Of a DNA stretch of 64,000 nucleotides, positions 45,417-55,226 are shown one piece after another (positions within the stretch are counted from its first letter, which is position 1; each line of letters opens with the position of its first letter). Origin of the DNA: a bacterium (GTDB lineage Bacteria; Patescibacteriota; Doudnabacteria; UBA920); NCBI GenBank assembly GCA_021825655.1, contig JAKAGU010000001.1:50358-114357 (forward strand). The letters are read 5' to 3'. The notes below the pieces were generated by a model. That model did no database searches. It saw nothing but the letters and a program-made list of their open reading frames with translations, and was not told the DNA's origin. Both the position numbers and the translations under genes were made by a program.

Positions 45417-46034
45417 ATGAATTTAAAATTTGAAAAAGCAAAACTTAATAGCGGTGTCCGCTATGTTATTGGCTGCGACGAAGTCGGCCGTGGCAGTTTG
45501 GCCGGACCGGTGGTTGCGTGCGCGGTCGCGCTGGACATAAATTGTAAGAGCATGGGTTTGGGAGAGGTCAAAGACAGCAAGCAGCTGCTGCCTGCCAAAA
45601 GACGCGAGTTAAGTGCGCTTATTAAAGAAAGAGTTTGTGCTTGGGCCGTGGCGGAAGTGCAGCCGGCAACAATCGATAAGATGAATATCCATCACGCAAC
45701 TTTGCTAGCCATGAGGCGGGCCGTGGAAAAAATCTTGAAGGCTGTTCCATCCGAAACATGTTTGGTTTGCGTGGATGGAAAATTCATCATTCCAAAGTTT
45801 GGTATAAAACAGCAAGCAGTTGTGGGCGGCGACAATAAAATTTTTTCCATTGCCGCAGCTTCTATAGTTGCCAAAGTGCATCGCGACAAGTTAATGGAAA
45901 AGTTGGACAAGGTTTATCCGGAGTACGGCTTTGCCAAGCATAAAGGTTATGGAACGTTGCATCATAGGCAGGCGATTAAAAAATCCGGCATGAGCCCCGT
46001 GCACAGGAAGACTTTTTGCAGCCATTTGGTCTAG
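45417..46034 (+). CDS. rnhB: Ribonuclease HII
   Basis: GCDEVGRGSLAGP, DSK, SIAAASIVAKVHRD, KGYGT. Confidence 0.96.
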   Translation: MNLKFEKAKLNSGVRYVIGCDEVGRGSLAGPVVACAVALDINCKSMGLGEVKDSKQLLPAKRRELSALIKERVCAWAVAEVQPATIDKMNIHHATLLAMRRAVEKILKAVPSETCLVCVDGKFIIPKFGIKQQAVVGGDNKIFSIAAASIVAKVHRDKLMEKLDKVYPEYGFAKHKGYGTLHHRQAIKKSGMSPVHRKTFCSHLV

Positions 46035-46111
46035 GTGCACCTTTAAGAAACGTTTCATCAGCCGCTTTATTAAAAGCGGTTTTTTGATTATAATAGTGTA
46101 AGTTTGTAGGG

Positions 46112-46236
46112 TTCCCAAAAATTAGGAGCGCAGGCATCCGAAGGATGGCGAGCACGGATTTTTGGGAAAGAGGAAGGCTTTCGGGGCTAGTGAGTTTTGA
46201 GCCGAAGGCCAAAACGAACAAGCATAAGATAAGCCT
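46112..46236 (+). other. Two-hairpin structured element upstream of tRNA-Ser
   Basis: TTCCCAAAAATT/GATTTTTGGGAA and AGGCTT/AAGCCT stems, each capped by a C-GAA-G mini-hairpin. Confidence 0.5.
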
Positions 46237-46241
46237 GACGA

Positions 46242-46332
46242 GGAGAGGTCGCATAGTGGTCTAGTGCGCTGGTCTCGAAAACCGGTAAGGGCCAAAAGCC
46301 CTTCGAGGGTTCGAATCCCTCCCTCTCCGCCA
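46242..46332 (+). tRNA. tRNA-Ser(CGA)
   Basis: CTGGT-CTCGAAA-ACCGG, long variable arm, G73-CCA. Confidence 0.95.
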
Positions 46333-46346
46333 GTAAATAACCATTG

Positions 46347-46601
46347 ATGCATTATTTTTATATTTTGAAATGCCGGGACAAGAGCCTCTATAGCGGCGTG
46401 GCTAAGGACTTGGAGAAAAGAGAAGCGGTTCATAATTCAGGCAAAGGCTCCAAGTACGTTTGGGCGCATGGGGGCGGCAAAATTATTTACTCGGAAAAAT
46501 TTAAGACAATTGGCAAGGCTTTACGTAGGGAAGCGGAAGTGAAGAAATTTTCCAGGCGAGAAAAATTGGGTTTGATAAAGCTTGCCAAAAGGAAGAAATA
46601 A
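46347..46601 (+). CDS. GIY-YIG nuclease (YhbQ/UPF0213-like)
   Basis: YFYILKC.D.SLYSG..KDLEKR...HNSGKGSKY, ALRREAEVK. Confidence 0.88.
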   Translation: MHYFYILKCRDKSLYSGVAKDLEKREAVHNSGKGSKYVWAHGGGKIIYSEKFKTIGKALRREAEVKKFSRREKLGLIKLAKRKK

Positions 46602-46605
46602 TTCT

Positions 46606-46959
46606 ATGGATTTCAAATTCACCGACCAGGCTTTTGAAAACGAGTATCCCAAACTGGTCAGGGACAATATTCCGGCACTCTACAAAGCACGGACAGGCAA
46701 GGATGCGAAAATTGAAACCATCAAGTCAGACGAGGAGTTTTTGAAGTTCTTGCTAAAAAAGATGGTGGAAGAAGCCAGGGAATTGGAGTACTCTGTAAAA
46801 GCGGGCAATACGCAGGAAGAGCTGGCGGACATTTTCGAAATTATTGCGGCAATTTTGGACCTAAAAGGTTGGAGCCTTGAAGGTGTTGCAAGAGTCCAAA
46901 AAGACAAGCGGGCCAAGAATGGCGCGTTTGAAAAGCGGATAATCCTTTTGGAAAAATAA
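46606..46959 (+). CDS. All-alpha NTP pyrophosphohydrolase (phosphoribosyl-ATP pyrophosphohydrolase-like)
   Basis: KLVRDNIP, KMVEEARE, EELADIFE, KRAKNGAF. Confidence 0.85.
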   Translation: MDFKFTDQAFENEYPKLVRDNIPALYKARTGKDAKIETIKSDEEFLKFLLKKMVEEARELEYSVKAGNTQEELADIFEIIAAILDLKGWSLEGVARVQKDKRAKNGAFEKRIILLEK

Positions 46960-46979
46960 CCAATAACCATCTAATTAAC

Positions 46980-47714
46980 ATGCAAAACAAAACCATACTT
47001 ATAAGCGGGGGAGTTACGGGCATTGGCGCGGCCACGGCTTTGGAGTTTCTGGAGCACGACTGGCAGGTTTCGGTTTTTAGCAACATGAAGGAAAATAACG
47101 AAGAATTTTTGAGGCTCGCCAAGTCGCAGGGCCTCTCCAGGGGCTTGTTAGTTTTAGATGCCGATATCACCAGGGAAAAAGATTTAAAAAAAGTCGTGGC
47201 TGAGACTAAAAAGAAGTTTAAGACAATTGACGTGCTGTTTAACAACGCCGGCATGGGCTATTTTACGGAAGCCGACAAGGTGGATGTGAAAAAGTTCGAC
47301 CAGATGATGGAGGTGAATGTGATCGGCATGGCGGATTTGACCAAGCAGGTTATCCCAATAATGAAGAAGCAGAAGCACGGCCAGATAATCAACAACTCCT
47401 CCATTGCGGGCAAGGTTGGGCATGCCAAAAGCGAATTCTACGCGGCTACCAAGTCCGCGGTTATGCGCTACTCGGAAGGCCTTAGGGCCGAACTGCAAAA
47501 GTTCGGCATCAAAGTCGCGGTGATTTATACCAGCACGGTGAAAACCGGCTTTTGGAGCAAAAAAGAATACAGCCGCCGCAAGAAAGAAAACTGGAAAGGC
47601 AAAGACCCGGTATTCTTAACTACCCAGGATTTGGCACGCACCGTGCAGTTTATAGTGGATCAGCCGGATCACAGTGCGGTCGAGGAAGTTACTATTATGC
47701 CGTTCGGCAAATGA
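46980..47714 (+). CDS. Short-chain dehydrogenase/reductase
   Basis: SGGVTGIG, NNAG, YAATK. Confidence 0.92.
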   Translation: MQNKTILISGGVTGIGAATALEFLEHDWQVSVFSNMKENNEEFLRLAKSQGLSRGLLVLDADITREKDLKKVVAETKKKFKTIDVLFNNAGMGYFTEADKVDVKKFDQMMEVNVIGMADLTKQVIPIMKKQKHGQIINNSSIAGKVGHAKSEFYAATKSAVMRYSEGLRAELQKFGIKVAVIYTSTVKTGFWSKKEYSRRKKENWKGKDPVFLTTQDLARTVQFIVDQPDHSAVEEVTIMPFGK

Positions 47715-47715
47715 T

Positions 47716-49038
47716 ATGGAAAAGTATTTTGGTGAAGAGACAAAAAAAGCCCTGCGCAATTTTCCATTTTCCACGCACCCCGTGAAAATGGAATTTATTT
47801 TGGCTATAGTAAAAATCAAGAGAGCCGCCGCCCTTGCAAATTTTAAGGCCGGCAACTTTAAGCGGCCGGTAAGCAACGCGATTATTAAAGCTTGCGATGA
47901 GGTTCTGTCCGGCAGGATAAAAGGCCAGTTTCCGCTATCTTCGTTCCAGGGCGGCGCCGGCACGGCCATTAACATGAATGTAAATGAGGTACTGGCTGCG
48001 CGGGCCACGGAAATTCTGGGTGGAAAAACTTTAGTGCACCCCAATGACCATGTGAATTGCAGCCAGTCCACCAACGATGTTAACCCTTCGGCCATAAAAG
48101 TGGCAGTGCGCGGTTTGCTTTTGGAACTGGACGCAGCTTTGGCCGGGCTTATAAAAACTTTCGAAACCAAAGCCAGGGCATTTTCCGGAACCGTCAAGCT
48201 GGGCCGGACACATTTGCAGGACGCAGTGCCTACGACTTTGGGGGCGGAGTTTGGGGCGTATGCGGAAAATTTGAAGGGCCACAAAAATACCTTGGAAGCT
48301 GCCCGTGGCTATTCAGAAATTTTGAATTTGGGCGGCACCGCCATCGGCAATTCAGCTAATGCCAGCCCTAAATATATAAAAGAAGTTTTTGCGGAATTAA
48401 ACAGGGTAACTAGGAGCCGGTTTGCGCCAGCGAAAAATTTTATGGCCAAAACGGGGTCGCACACGGACTTTGTAGCAATTTCTCAGGCAGTCACGGCCTT
48501 AAGCGTTGAACTGTCCAAAATTGCCAACGATTTTAAGCTTATGGCTTCGGGCCCGCGCGGAGGACTTGGAGAGCTGGTGTTGCCTGAATTGCAAAAAGGC
48601 TCATCCATTATGCCGGGTAAAATAAACCCGGTCCTGCCGGAAACCTTGAACCAACTGTATTTTTTGGTTTCAGGCAATAATTTGACGATAGAAAAAGCGT
48701 CCGAAGCTTCGCAGTTGGAACTGGGCGTAATGCTACCCGTGATTGCCGATCGTTTATTGGAGTCCGTTAAGCTGGCGGCCGAAAGCGTAAGGCAATTTGA
48801 TAAGTTTTGCGTAGCCAAGGTTAAAGCGGACGCCAAGCAATGCCGCGAACATTTGGAAAATTCGACTGCTTTTGCAACTTTCCTTACCCCAAAGTATGGG
48901 TATGACCGCATTAGCCAGCTGGTGAAGGCGGCGGTCAGAAATCACACCTCGTTCAAACAAGAGGTGCTGTCCAGCGGCCTGATGAAACCGGCTGAATGGC
49001 AGAGTTTCGTGCAGGGCGTAACCAAAAAGATAAGGTGA
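47716..49038 (+). CDS. aspA: Aspartate ammonia-lyase / class II fumarase family lyase
   Basis: QGGAGT..NMNVNEV, HPNDHVN.SQSTND, GRTHLQDA, GSSIMPGKINP; aspA versus fumC not certain. Confidence 0.8.
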   Translation: MEKYFGEETKKALRNFPFSTHPVKMEFILAIVKIKRAAALANFKAGNFKRPVSNAIIKACDEVLSGRIKGQFPLSSFQGGAGTAINMNVNEVLAARATEILGGKTLVHPNDHVNCSQSTNDVNPSAIKVAVRGLLLELDAALAGLIKTFETKARAFSGTVKLGRTHLQDAVPTTLGAEFGAYAENLKGHKNTLEAARGYSEILNLGGTAIGNSANASPKYIKEVFAELNRVTRSRFAPAKNFMAKTGSHTDFVAISQAVTALSVELSKIANDFKLMASGPRGGLGELVLPELQKGSSIMPGKINPVLPETLNQLYFLVSGNNLTIEKASEASQLELGVMLPVIADRLLESVKLAAESVRQFDKFCVAKVKADAKQCREHLENSTAFATFLTPKYGYDRISQLVKAAVRNHTSFKQEVLSSGLMKPAEWQSFVQGVTKKIR

Positions 49039-49643
49039 AATATATTGATTTAACCCAGGTGCTCCGGGCGGGTATGCCGGTGTTTCCCGGCGACCCGGCT
49101 GTGGGGCTAAAAACAGCAACGGCCTCCCCCCAGGTGACGGAAGTTATTTTTGGCACGCACAGCGGGACCCATTTGGACGCGCCTAGCCATTTTTTTCCAG
49201 ACGGCAAAAAGTTGTCCGACTTTGCCGTGGAGAGCTTTGTGGGAAAAGGGGTCCTCTTGGATGTGCGCGGCAAAAAAAATATCGACAAAGAAATTTTATT
49301 GCATGCGGAAATTAAACCCGGAGATATTGTACTTATATACACAGGCTGGCAAGGAAAATATGGGACTAAAGAATACTTTAAGGATTATCCGGTTGTATCG
49401 GAGGGGCTGGCAAAAGAACTCGTGCGCCTACAGGTTAAAATGCTGGGGATAGATACTCCAAGCCCGGATAAAGAGCCCTTTTTGGTCCACGAGACCTTGC
49501 TCCAAAAAGAAATTTTAATTTTGGAAAATTTGTGCAACTTAGAAAAATTGTTAAAGACTAAAGATTTTGGAATTATCGCTTTGCCCTTAAGGCTGGAAAC
49601 GGACGGCGGCCCGGCCAGGGTGGTGGCAAAAATTTATGAATAA
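49035..49643 (+). CDS. Cyclase family (kynurenine formamidase-like) metal hydrolase
   Basis: HSGTHLDAPSH, GIDTPSPD, ILENL, DGGPARV. Confidence 0.9.
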   Translation: MKYIDLTQVLRAGMPVFPGDPAVGLKTATASPQVTEVIFGTHSGTHLDAPSHFFPDGKKLSDFAVESFVGKGVLLDVRGKKNIDKEILLHAEIKPGDIVLIYTGWQGKYGTKEYFKDYPVVSEGLAKELVRLQVKMLGIDTPSPDKEPFLVHETLLQKEILILENLCNLEKLLKTKDFGIIALPLRLETDGGPARVVAKIYE

Positions 49644-49980
49644 ATTCGGTGTGGTGCTTATTGTATTTTTCGGTGAGGCGCTAATGATCCTTGCCGAAAT
49701 GTGGGGCGCCAGGCACTACCAGCCCGGCGCATTTTGGAATGTTTTTTTCAAAATGCTGGCGGTCATGGGGGCGGGCGGAGCTTTGCTGGTGGCGGGGTAT
49801 GTGCTGGGCTATTCCAGCTTTAAGAACATCTGGGTGGTCAGCGTAGTTTCCATCACCTCGATTTTAATTATTGAGCCAACCTTAGCTTATGTGATTTTTC
49901 AGCAGACTCCCACCAAGGGGGCTGCCGCGGGCCTGCTGCTTGGTGCGTTGGGCTTGGCCCTGTCCTTATTTTGGAAATAG
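49636..49980 (+). CDS. Small 4-TM membrane protein (DMT/SMR-like)
   Basis: Four hydrophobic helices, Glu in TM1. Confidence 0.6.
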   Translation: MNKFGVVLIVFFGEALMILAEMWGARHYQPGAFWNVFFKMLAVMGAGGALLVAGYVLGYSSFKNIWVVSVVSITSILIIEPTLAYVIFQQTPTKGAAAGLLLGALGLALSLFWK

Positions 49981-49985
49981 CTTTT

Positions 49986-51089
49986 ATGAAAAAAGTTTTG
50001 ATTTTTTACACCTCGGTGGGCCTGGGCCACAAGTACATTGCGGAAAATATCGGCTGGCAGCTGGGGCAGGCCGGGTTAGAGGTGCGCCTGGAGGATGTTT
50101 CCAAAGTACAGGACGGCAAGTTTGCCAGAACCCTGATCGGGGTGCATTGGTTTATAAACCGGTACCTGCCTTTTGTCTGGAGCTGGCTGTACAAAAGCCG
50201 GCTGGTTAATTTTTTAATCTCACCCCTGCGTTTGCCGCTGGCCGCCCGGAATTCCGGGCGCGTTGAAAAACTGATTCTGGCATACCGGCCTGATATGGTC
50301 ATTACCACCCAGACCACGGCCTCCGCTGCGGTTGCGTATTTGAAAAAGCGAGGGGTCTACACCCGGCCGTTTGGCATTGCCTTTTCGGATTTTCACCTGC
50401 ACCGTTTCTGGTTGTATGACCAGGCGGATTTTTACCTGGCTAATATTTTGGAGCAAAAAACAGAAATGCTGCGCCTGGGCATTTTGCCTGAAAAAATTTA
50501 CGTGTGCGGCATGGCCCTGCAGCCGCAGCCGGAAGTGGATACGGCGGCGATAAAAGAAAAGTTGGGCATAGTCCCAGTAGAGAAGGTAGTGCTTGTCGGC
50601 AGCGGTTCTTTGGGCACGGGTTTGAATGAGGAGTTAATCCGAAATATATCCAGCCTGCAAAAGGTAAGGGTGCTTGTGGTGTGCGGCAAGAACGAAGGTT
50701 ACAAAGAACGCCTAATGCAAAAATTTGTCCAAACCAATATCAAGATCTTCGGTTTCTATTCGCCCATGAGCGAACTTTACGCGATTGCGGATATATATGT
50801 CGGCAAGCCGGGCGGTCTCACCACGGCTGAGGCTTTGTCCTGGAATCTCCCACTGCTGGTCACCCACTGGTTGCCGGGGCAGGAAGAGCTGAATGTCGAA
50901 TATTTAAAAAACCGCCGTTTGATTATGCTGGCAGGCAATGCGGTCGCTCAGGTTAAACAGGAAATTGACACCGGCGAGTTTAAAAAGCAGCTGGCCATAA
51001 ATTCGGCGGCGGCCCGGTTGGTTAGGCCCGAATTTAGCGTTCAAACGGCCGTTTTGCGGGTGCTTCACGGTTTGACTAATCGCGGCTGA
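49986..51089 (+). CDS. GT28 glycosyltransferase (MGDG synthase/UgtP-like)
   Basis: GLGH, SDFHLH.FW, VCGKN, KPGGLTTAE, PGQEE.N. Confidence 0.88.
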   Translation: MKKVLIFYTSVGLGHKYIAENIGWQLGQAGLEVRLEDVSKVQDGKFARTLIGVHWFINRYLPFVWSWLYKSRLVNFLISPLRLPLAARNSGRVEKLILAYRPDMVITTQTTASAAVAYLKKRGVYTRPFGIAFSDFHLHRFWLYDQADFYLANILEQKTEMLRLGILPEKIYVCGMALQPQPEVDTAAIKEKLGIVPVEKVVLVGSGSLGTGLNEELIRNISSLQKVRVLVVCGKNEGYKERLMQKFVQTNIKIFGFYSPMSELYAIADIYVGKPGGLTTAEALSWNLPLLVTHWLPGQEELNVEYLKNRRLIMLAGNAVAQVKQEIDTGEFKKQLAINSAAARLVRPEFSVQTAVLRVLHGLTNRG

Positions 51090-51141
51090 TTGTTTATCAT
51101 AACCTTGCAAAGGTTTGAGGATTAATTTCGCGCGAGATTTT

Positions 51142-51702
51142 ATGGCAAAGAAAGAAAAAACTTCGTTTTTTGGGAAAATTATGGGCGGTAATGTTACGGA
51201 AGAAATGCCTGAAAAAGTCGCTGTTTCACATATCCAAGAAACCGAATACGAAGAAGAGCTGACTCCGGAAGAAGAAGTTGAAGAGCAAGATATGGTTGTG
51301 GAGGCCGTGGAACCCGTGCCCACAAAACCGGAACAGCCTGCGCAGCAGGGCGATGACTGGATGGCTGACTACGAAGGACAGCTGAATATTGATATGTACC
51401 AGACCAAGGACAACGTTATTATCAAATCGACGATTGCCGGCGTCCGGCCTGAGGATATTGATATCACGGTAGCCAACGACATGGTTACGGTAAAAGGCGC
51501 CCGCAGGAAAGAAGAGAATGTGGCGGAAGATGACTATTTCTACCAGGAATGCTATTGGGGCGGTTTTTCCCGCAGCGTGATTGTGCCGGTGGATATTGAC
51601 AGCGAGCATATTGAAGCCGATTTGAAAGACGGAATATTAACCATAATTATTCCCAAAGCGGCCAAGGCCAAAACCAAAAAAGTGAAAGTTAAGGGCCTGT
51701 AA
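51142..51702 (+). CDS. Hsp20/alpha-crystallin small heat-shock protein
   Basis: IDMYQT, QECYWGGFSRS..LKDGILTI.IPK. Confidence 0.92.
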   Translation: MAKKEKTSFFGKIMGGNVTEEMPEKVAVSHIQETEYEEELTPEEEVEEQDMVVEAVEPVPTKPEQPAQQGDDWMADYEGQLNIDMYQTKDNVIIKSTIAGVRPEDIDITVANDMVTVKGARRKEENVAEDDYFYQECYWGGFSRSVIVPVDIDSEHIEADLKDGILTIIIPKAAKAKTKKVKVKGL

Positions 51703-51820
51703 TCCAATACTTTTTTCCCCTGGAAACCTTTTGGTTTCCAGGGGAATTTCTTTTGCCGGACGTGTGGCAAGGCCGGAGGAAAAATGCTAAAATAAACCTG
51801 CTGAATATAACTCTTATATA

Positions 51821-54064
51821 ATGAAAAAAGACAAAAAGCCTGAAGAAAAAAACAAGCTCCAGCCGCCCCGACTCAACCTTTCAGCCGAAGCTAAGCGCGG
51901 AATAGCCGTTGTGGTTTTTGCTACCCTTGCCGTTATTACTTTTTTGGCTGTGGTAGAATTGGCCGGCTCGCTGGGAGCGGCTCTGCTTTCGGGGCTGAAA
52001 TGGATTTTTGGGGTACTGGCCTATTTCGTACCGATTTTTTTGCTGCTGATCGCCTGGCTGTTGGCCAACCACCGCATGCCGCATGACGATGAAGACCGGG
52101 GAGAGGACCGCGGGTTTTATTGGCGGGTCTATCTGGGCTCCCTGCTGATGCTGGGCAGCATTGCGGGCCTGGTCCATATTTTTTATTTGAAAAACGGCAG
52201 CACGGCCTGGGATTTGGTGGCTGCCGGCAAGGGCGGAGGATTTTTGGGTGCCGGTTTTGGCGGCGCAGCTTTTGGCTTGCTGGATTTTTGGGCGGGCGGC
52301 AGCCTGCTTTTGGCCATTTTGGTGATTGGGGCTTTGATGGCCTTCAATGCGCCTTTGCACAAATTGTGGTTTAAGGACAAAGAGCAGCAGCCTGAAGAAG
52401 CGGAAAAGAAAGCCAAGGCGGGCGAGGTGAAGATTAATGCCATGGCCAGCGAGGGGTTTGTGAGCAATAAGGTTTTGGATCGGAACAAAAAATTGAAGGA
52501 AGACTTGGACGAGGGAGAGGTTTCTGTACCTGAACCGGTCCGGGAAAAACTTGAAACCAAAATTATCAACGCGGGCGGCGCTTCTAAGGCTATTGAGCTG
52601 GATACGGTCAAGGTAGACAATAAAATAGACTACAAGCTGCCCTCGTTTGACCTTTTAGAACAGGGCGCCAGCGACGTGGATAGCGGCAACATTGAAGTGA
52701 ATATTGAAATTATCAGGAAGACCTTGGCCGATTTCGGCATTGAGGTGGAAATGGGTGAGGTGAATGTGGGGCCGACCGTTACCCAGTATACTTTGCGTCC
52801 GGCCACGGGCGTCCGACTGAACCAGATTGCCGCGCTGCAAAACGACCTGGCTTTGGCGCTCTCCGCGCATTCTATCCGCATGGAATTGCCCATTCCGGGC
52901 AAGGCCTTGGTCGGTATTGAAGTGCCGAATAAATCTACGGCCATCGTGCGCTTGCGCGATGTCATGCAGACGCAAGAATTTGTAAACCACAAAAGCAAGT
53001 TGGCCTTTGCTTTGGGCAGGGACGTGGCCGGACATACCATGGTCGCGGATTTGGCCAAGATGCCCCACCTGCTGATTGCAGGCGCCACTGGCACGGGCAA
53101 GAGCGTGGGGATTAACAGCCTGCTGATTTCCCTGCTGTTCCGCAATACGCCGCAAGACGTGAAGTTTATTGTTGTGGACCCAAAAAGGGTGGAGCTGAAT
53201 TTGTATAACGGCATTCCACACCTACTGACTCCGGTCGTCATTGACCACGAAAAAGCGGTGAATGCCCTGAAATGGGCGGTTTCGGAAATGGAACGGAGGT
53301 ATAAGCTGCTTTCCGAGGTCGGCAAGCGCAATATTATAGAGTATAACGAGTCGAACGAGCTGAAGATGCACTACATTGTTATCATTGTGGACGAATTGGC
53401 CGACTTAATGGCTGTTGCCCAGGCTGATGTGGAAGCGGCGATTGTGCGTTTGGCGCAAATGGCCCGCGCTGTGGGGATTCATCTGGTCTTGGCCACGCAG
53501 CGGCCCAGCGTGGAAATTATTACCGGTTTGATTAAAGCCAACATCACTTCCCGCATTGCCTTTGCCGTGGCCAGCCAGATTGACAGCCGGACTATTTTGG
53601 ACGGCTCAGGCGCGGAAAAACTGCTGGGTAACGGCGACTTACTGTTCACTTCCGCGGAATTCAACAAGCCCAAGCGCGTGCAAGGCGCATACATAGGCGA
53701 AAAAGAAGTTAAGAAAGTGGTGGACTTTTTCAAAAACCAGGCGGGCGCGGTTATTTATAACGAGGAGATTTTGGAAAAGCCGAAAAAATCCATGGGTATT
53801 CCTGGTTTCGAAGGCGACGAGGATACTGACCCGTTGTTCGAAGAAGCCAAGGAAGAGGTTCAGCGCATGGGCAAGGCTTCCACAACTCTACTGCAGAGGC
53901 GGCTGAGGATTGGTTATGCGCGCGCGGCCCGGATTATGGACATGCTGGAGCAGGCCCAGATTATTGGTCCGGGCGAGGGTGCCAAGCCCCGTGAAGTTTA
54001 CGGGGCCATTCCCCAGGCAGAGAAGGCCGAATACGGGGTGGAAGAGGATAGCGAGGAAGTGTAA
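51821..54064 (+). CDS. ftsK: DNA translocase FtsK/SpoIIIE
   Basis: N-terminal TMs; PHLLIAGATGTGKS, DELADLM, LATQRPS, gamma domain LQRRLRIGYARAAR. Confidence 0.97.
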   Translation: MKKDKKPEEKNKLQPPRLNLSAEAKRGIAVVVFATLAVITFLAVVELAGSLGAALLSGLKWIFGVLAYFVPIFLLLIAWLLANHRMPHDDEDRGEDRGFYWRVYLGSLLMLGSIAGLVHIFYLKNGSTAWDLVAAGKGGGFLGAGFGGAAFGLLDFWAGGSLLLAILVIGALMAFNAPLHKLWFKDKEQQPEEAEKKAKAGEVKINAMASEGFVSNKVLDRNKKLKEDLDEGEVSVPEPVREKLETKIINAGGASKAIELDTVKVDNKIDYKLPSFDLLEQGASDVDSGNIEVNIEIIRKTLADFGIEVEMGEVNVGPTVTQYTLRPATGVRLNQIAALQNDLALALSAHSIRMELPIPGKALVGIEVPNKSTAIVRLRDVMQTQEFVNHKSKLAFALGRDVAGHTMVADLAKMPHLLIAGATGTGKSVGINSLLISLLFRNTPQDVKFIVVDPKRVELNLYNGIPHLLTPVVIDHEKAVNALKWAVSEMERRYKLLSEVGKRNIIEYNESNELKMHYIVIIVDELADLMAVAQADVEAAIVRLAQMARAVGIHLVLATQRPSVEIITGLIKANITSRIAFAVASQIDSRTILDGSGAEKLLGNGDLLFTSAEFNKPKRVQGAYIGEKEVKKVVDFFKNQAGAVIYNEEILEKPKKSMGIPGFEGDEDTDPLFEEAKEEVQRMGKASTTLLQRRLRIGYARAARIMDMLEQAQIIGPGEGAKPREVYGAIPQAEKAEYGVEEDSEEV

Positions 54065-54101
54065 GCCATTAATTTTTTCCGGCTGAATCCAGGAAACAAG
54101 C

Positions 54102-55076
54102 ATGGTTTTTGAAAAGAAAAAAATTCGAATGGAAACTTTGTCTGAATATCTGTCAGCCGTCCGGCAGGGTGCCGGGCTGTCATTGGCTGAGGTTTCCGGC
54201 AAGACCGGCATTAAGCAGGTGTTTTTGGAAAATCTGGAAGCCGGCAATTTTTCGCATTTGCCAGCCGATGTATATGTGTGCGGTTTTCTCAGGCAGCTGT
54301 CGGAAATGTACCGCGTGGAAGCCGCCAGCCTGATTGAACAGTTTAAAAAAGAAAAAGGCATCTACGGCCAGCTGCAGGGCAAAGTGCTGGCCAGGCAGCG
54401 CGGCTGGAAAAGGTTTTTTGACCGCCTGACAATTACGCCCAAGATTTTAACCCTGGTGCTGGCCGTAATTTTTGTCAGCGCCAGCGTGGCTTACATTGTC
54501 TGGCAGGTCTTTTCCATCAACCGCATGCCGACCCTGGAAATAACAGAGCCCCAGCCGAACCAGGTGATAAAAAATTCTTTTGTGAAAGTTAAGGGCAAGA
54601 CCGATCCCGGCATGTCCGTAACGGTAAATGGCCAATCGGTTTTTGTGGAAAGCGACGGCGGTTTTGAGACCCAGCTCAGCCTGACTTCCGGACCAAAAGA
54701 TATTACGGTAGCGGCTAAAAACAAGTTTGATAAAAGCGTGGCTAAAAACGTAACCATTATCGGCGAAGTGGACTCTGCGGTATTGGCTGCCAGCATTCAA
54801 AACAAGGTTCAGCTGGTGCTGAATTTTTCGGGTAATGTGGATTTGGCTTATGTTTTAGACGACGGCCAGAAAAATAAGATTGCCTTTCACAAAGGCGACG
54901 CCAAAACCCTTTTGGCAGAAAATAAAATCAGCATATCAGTCTCTGATGCGGGGGCGACATCGGGGGTGCTAAACGGCCAAGCGCTGGGGGCTCTGGGCCG
55001 CCCAGGGGAAGCCCTGTCGGATATTCCGTTCTCCGCAGATGCGGTTGCGCCCACAGGGGACAAAAACGGCAAGTAA
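54102..55076 (+). CDS. RodZ-like HTH + TM + extracellular Ig-like protein
   Basis: LE.G.F..LP..VY.GFLR HTH; TM; VKGKTDPG..VTVNG Ig-like; lies between ftsK and recA. Confidence 0.75.
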   Translation: MVFEKKKIRMETLSEYLSAVRQGAGLSLAEVSGKTGIKQVFLENLEAGNFSHLPADVYVCGFLRQLSEMYRVEAASLIEQFKKEKGIYGQLQGKVLARQRGWKRFFDRLTITPKILTLVLAVIFVSASVAYIVWQVFSINRMPTLEITEPQPNQVIKNSFVKVKGKTDPGMSVTVNGQSVFVESDGGFETQLSLTSGPKDITVAAKNKFDKSVAKNVTIIGEVDSAVLAASIQNKVQLVLNFSGNVDLAYVLDDGQKNKIAFHKGDAKTLLAENKISISVSDAGATSGVLNGQALGALGRPGEALSDIPFSADAVAPTGDKNGK

Positions 55077-55226
55077 ACTTTTTTTGAGTGGATATCTTTT
55101 ATTTTCCCTCGTATTTTTCCAGGAAAATGGGCGAAATTAAGCCATTGACTTTTGGTGAACGATTGTATACCATTATTATATTGAGCAATAACAGCCAGAA
55201 ACCAAAATACTAACAGGTTAAAATAT

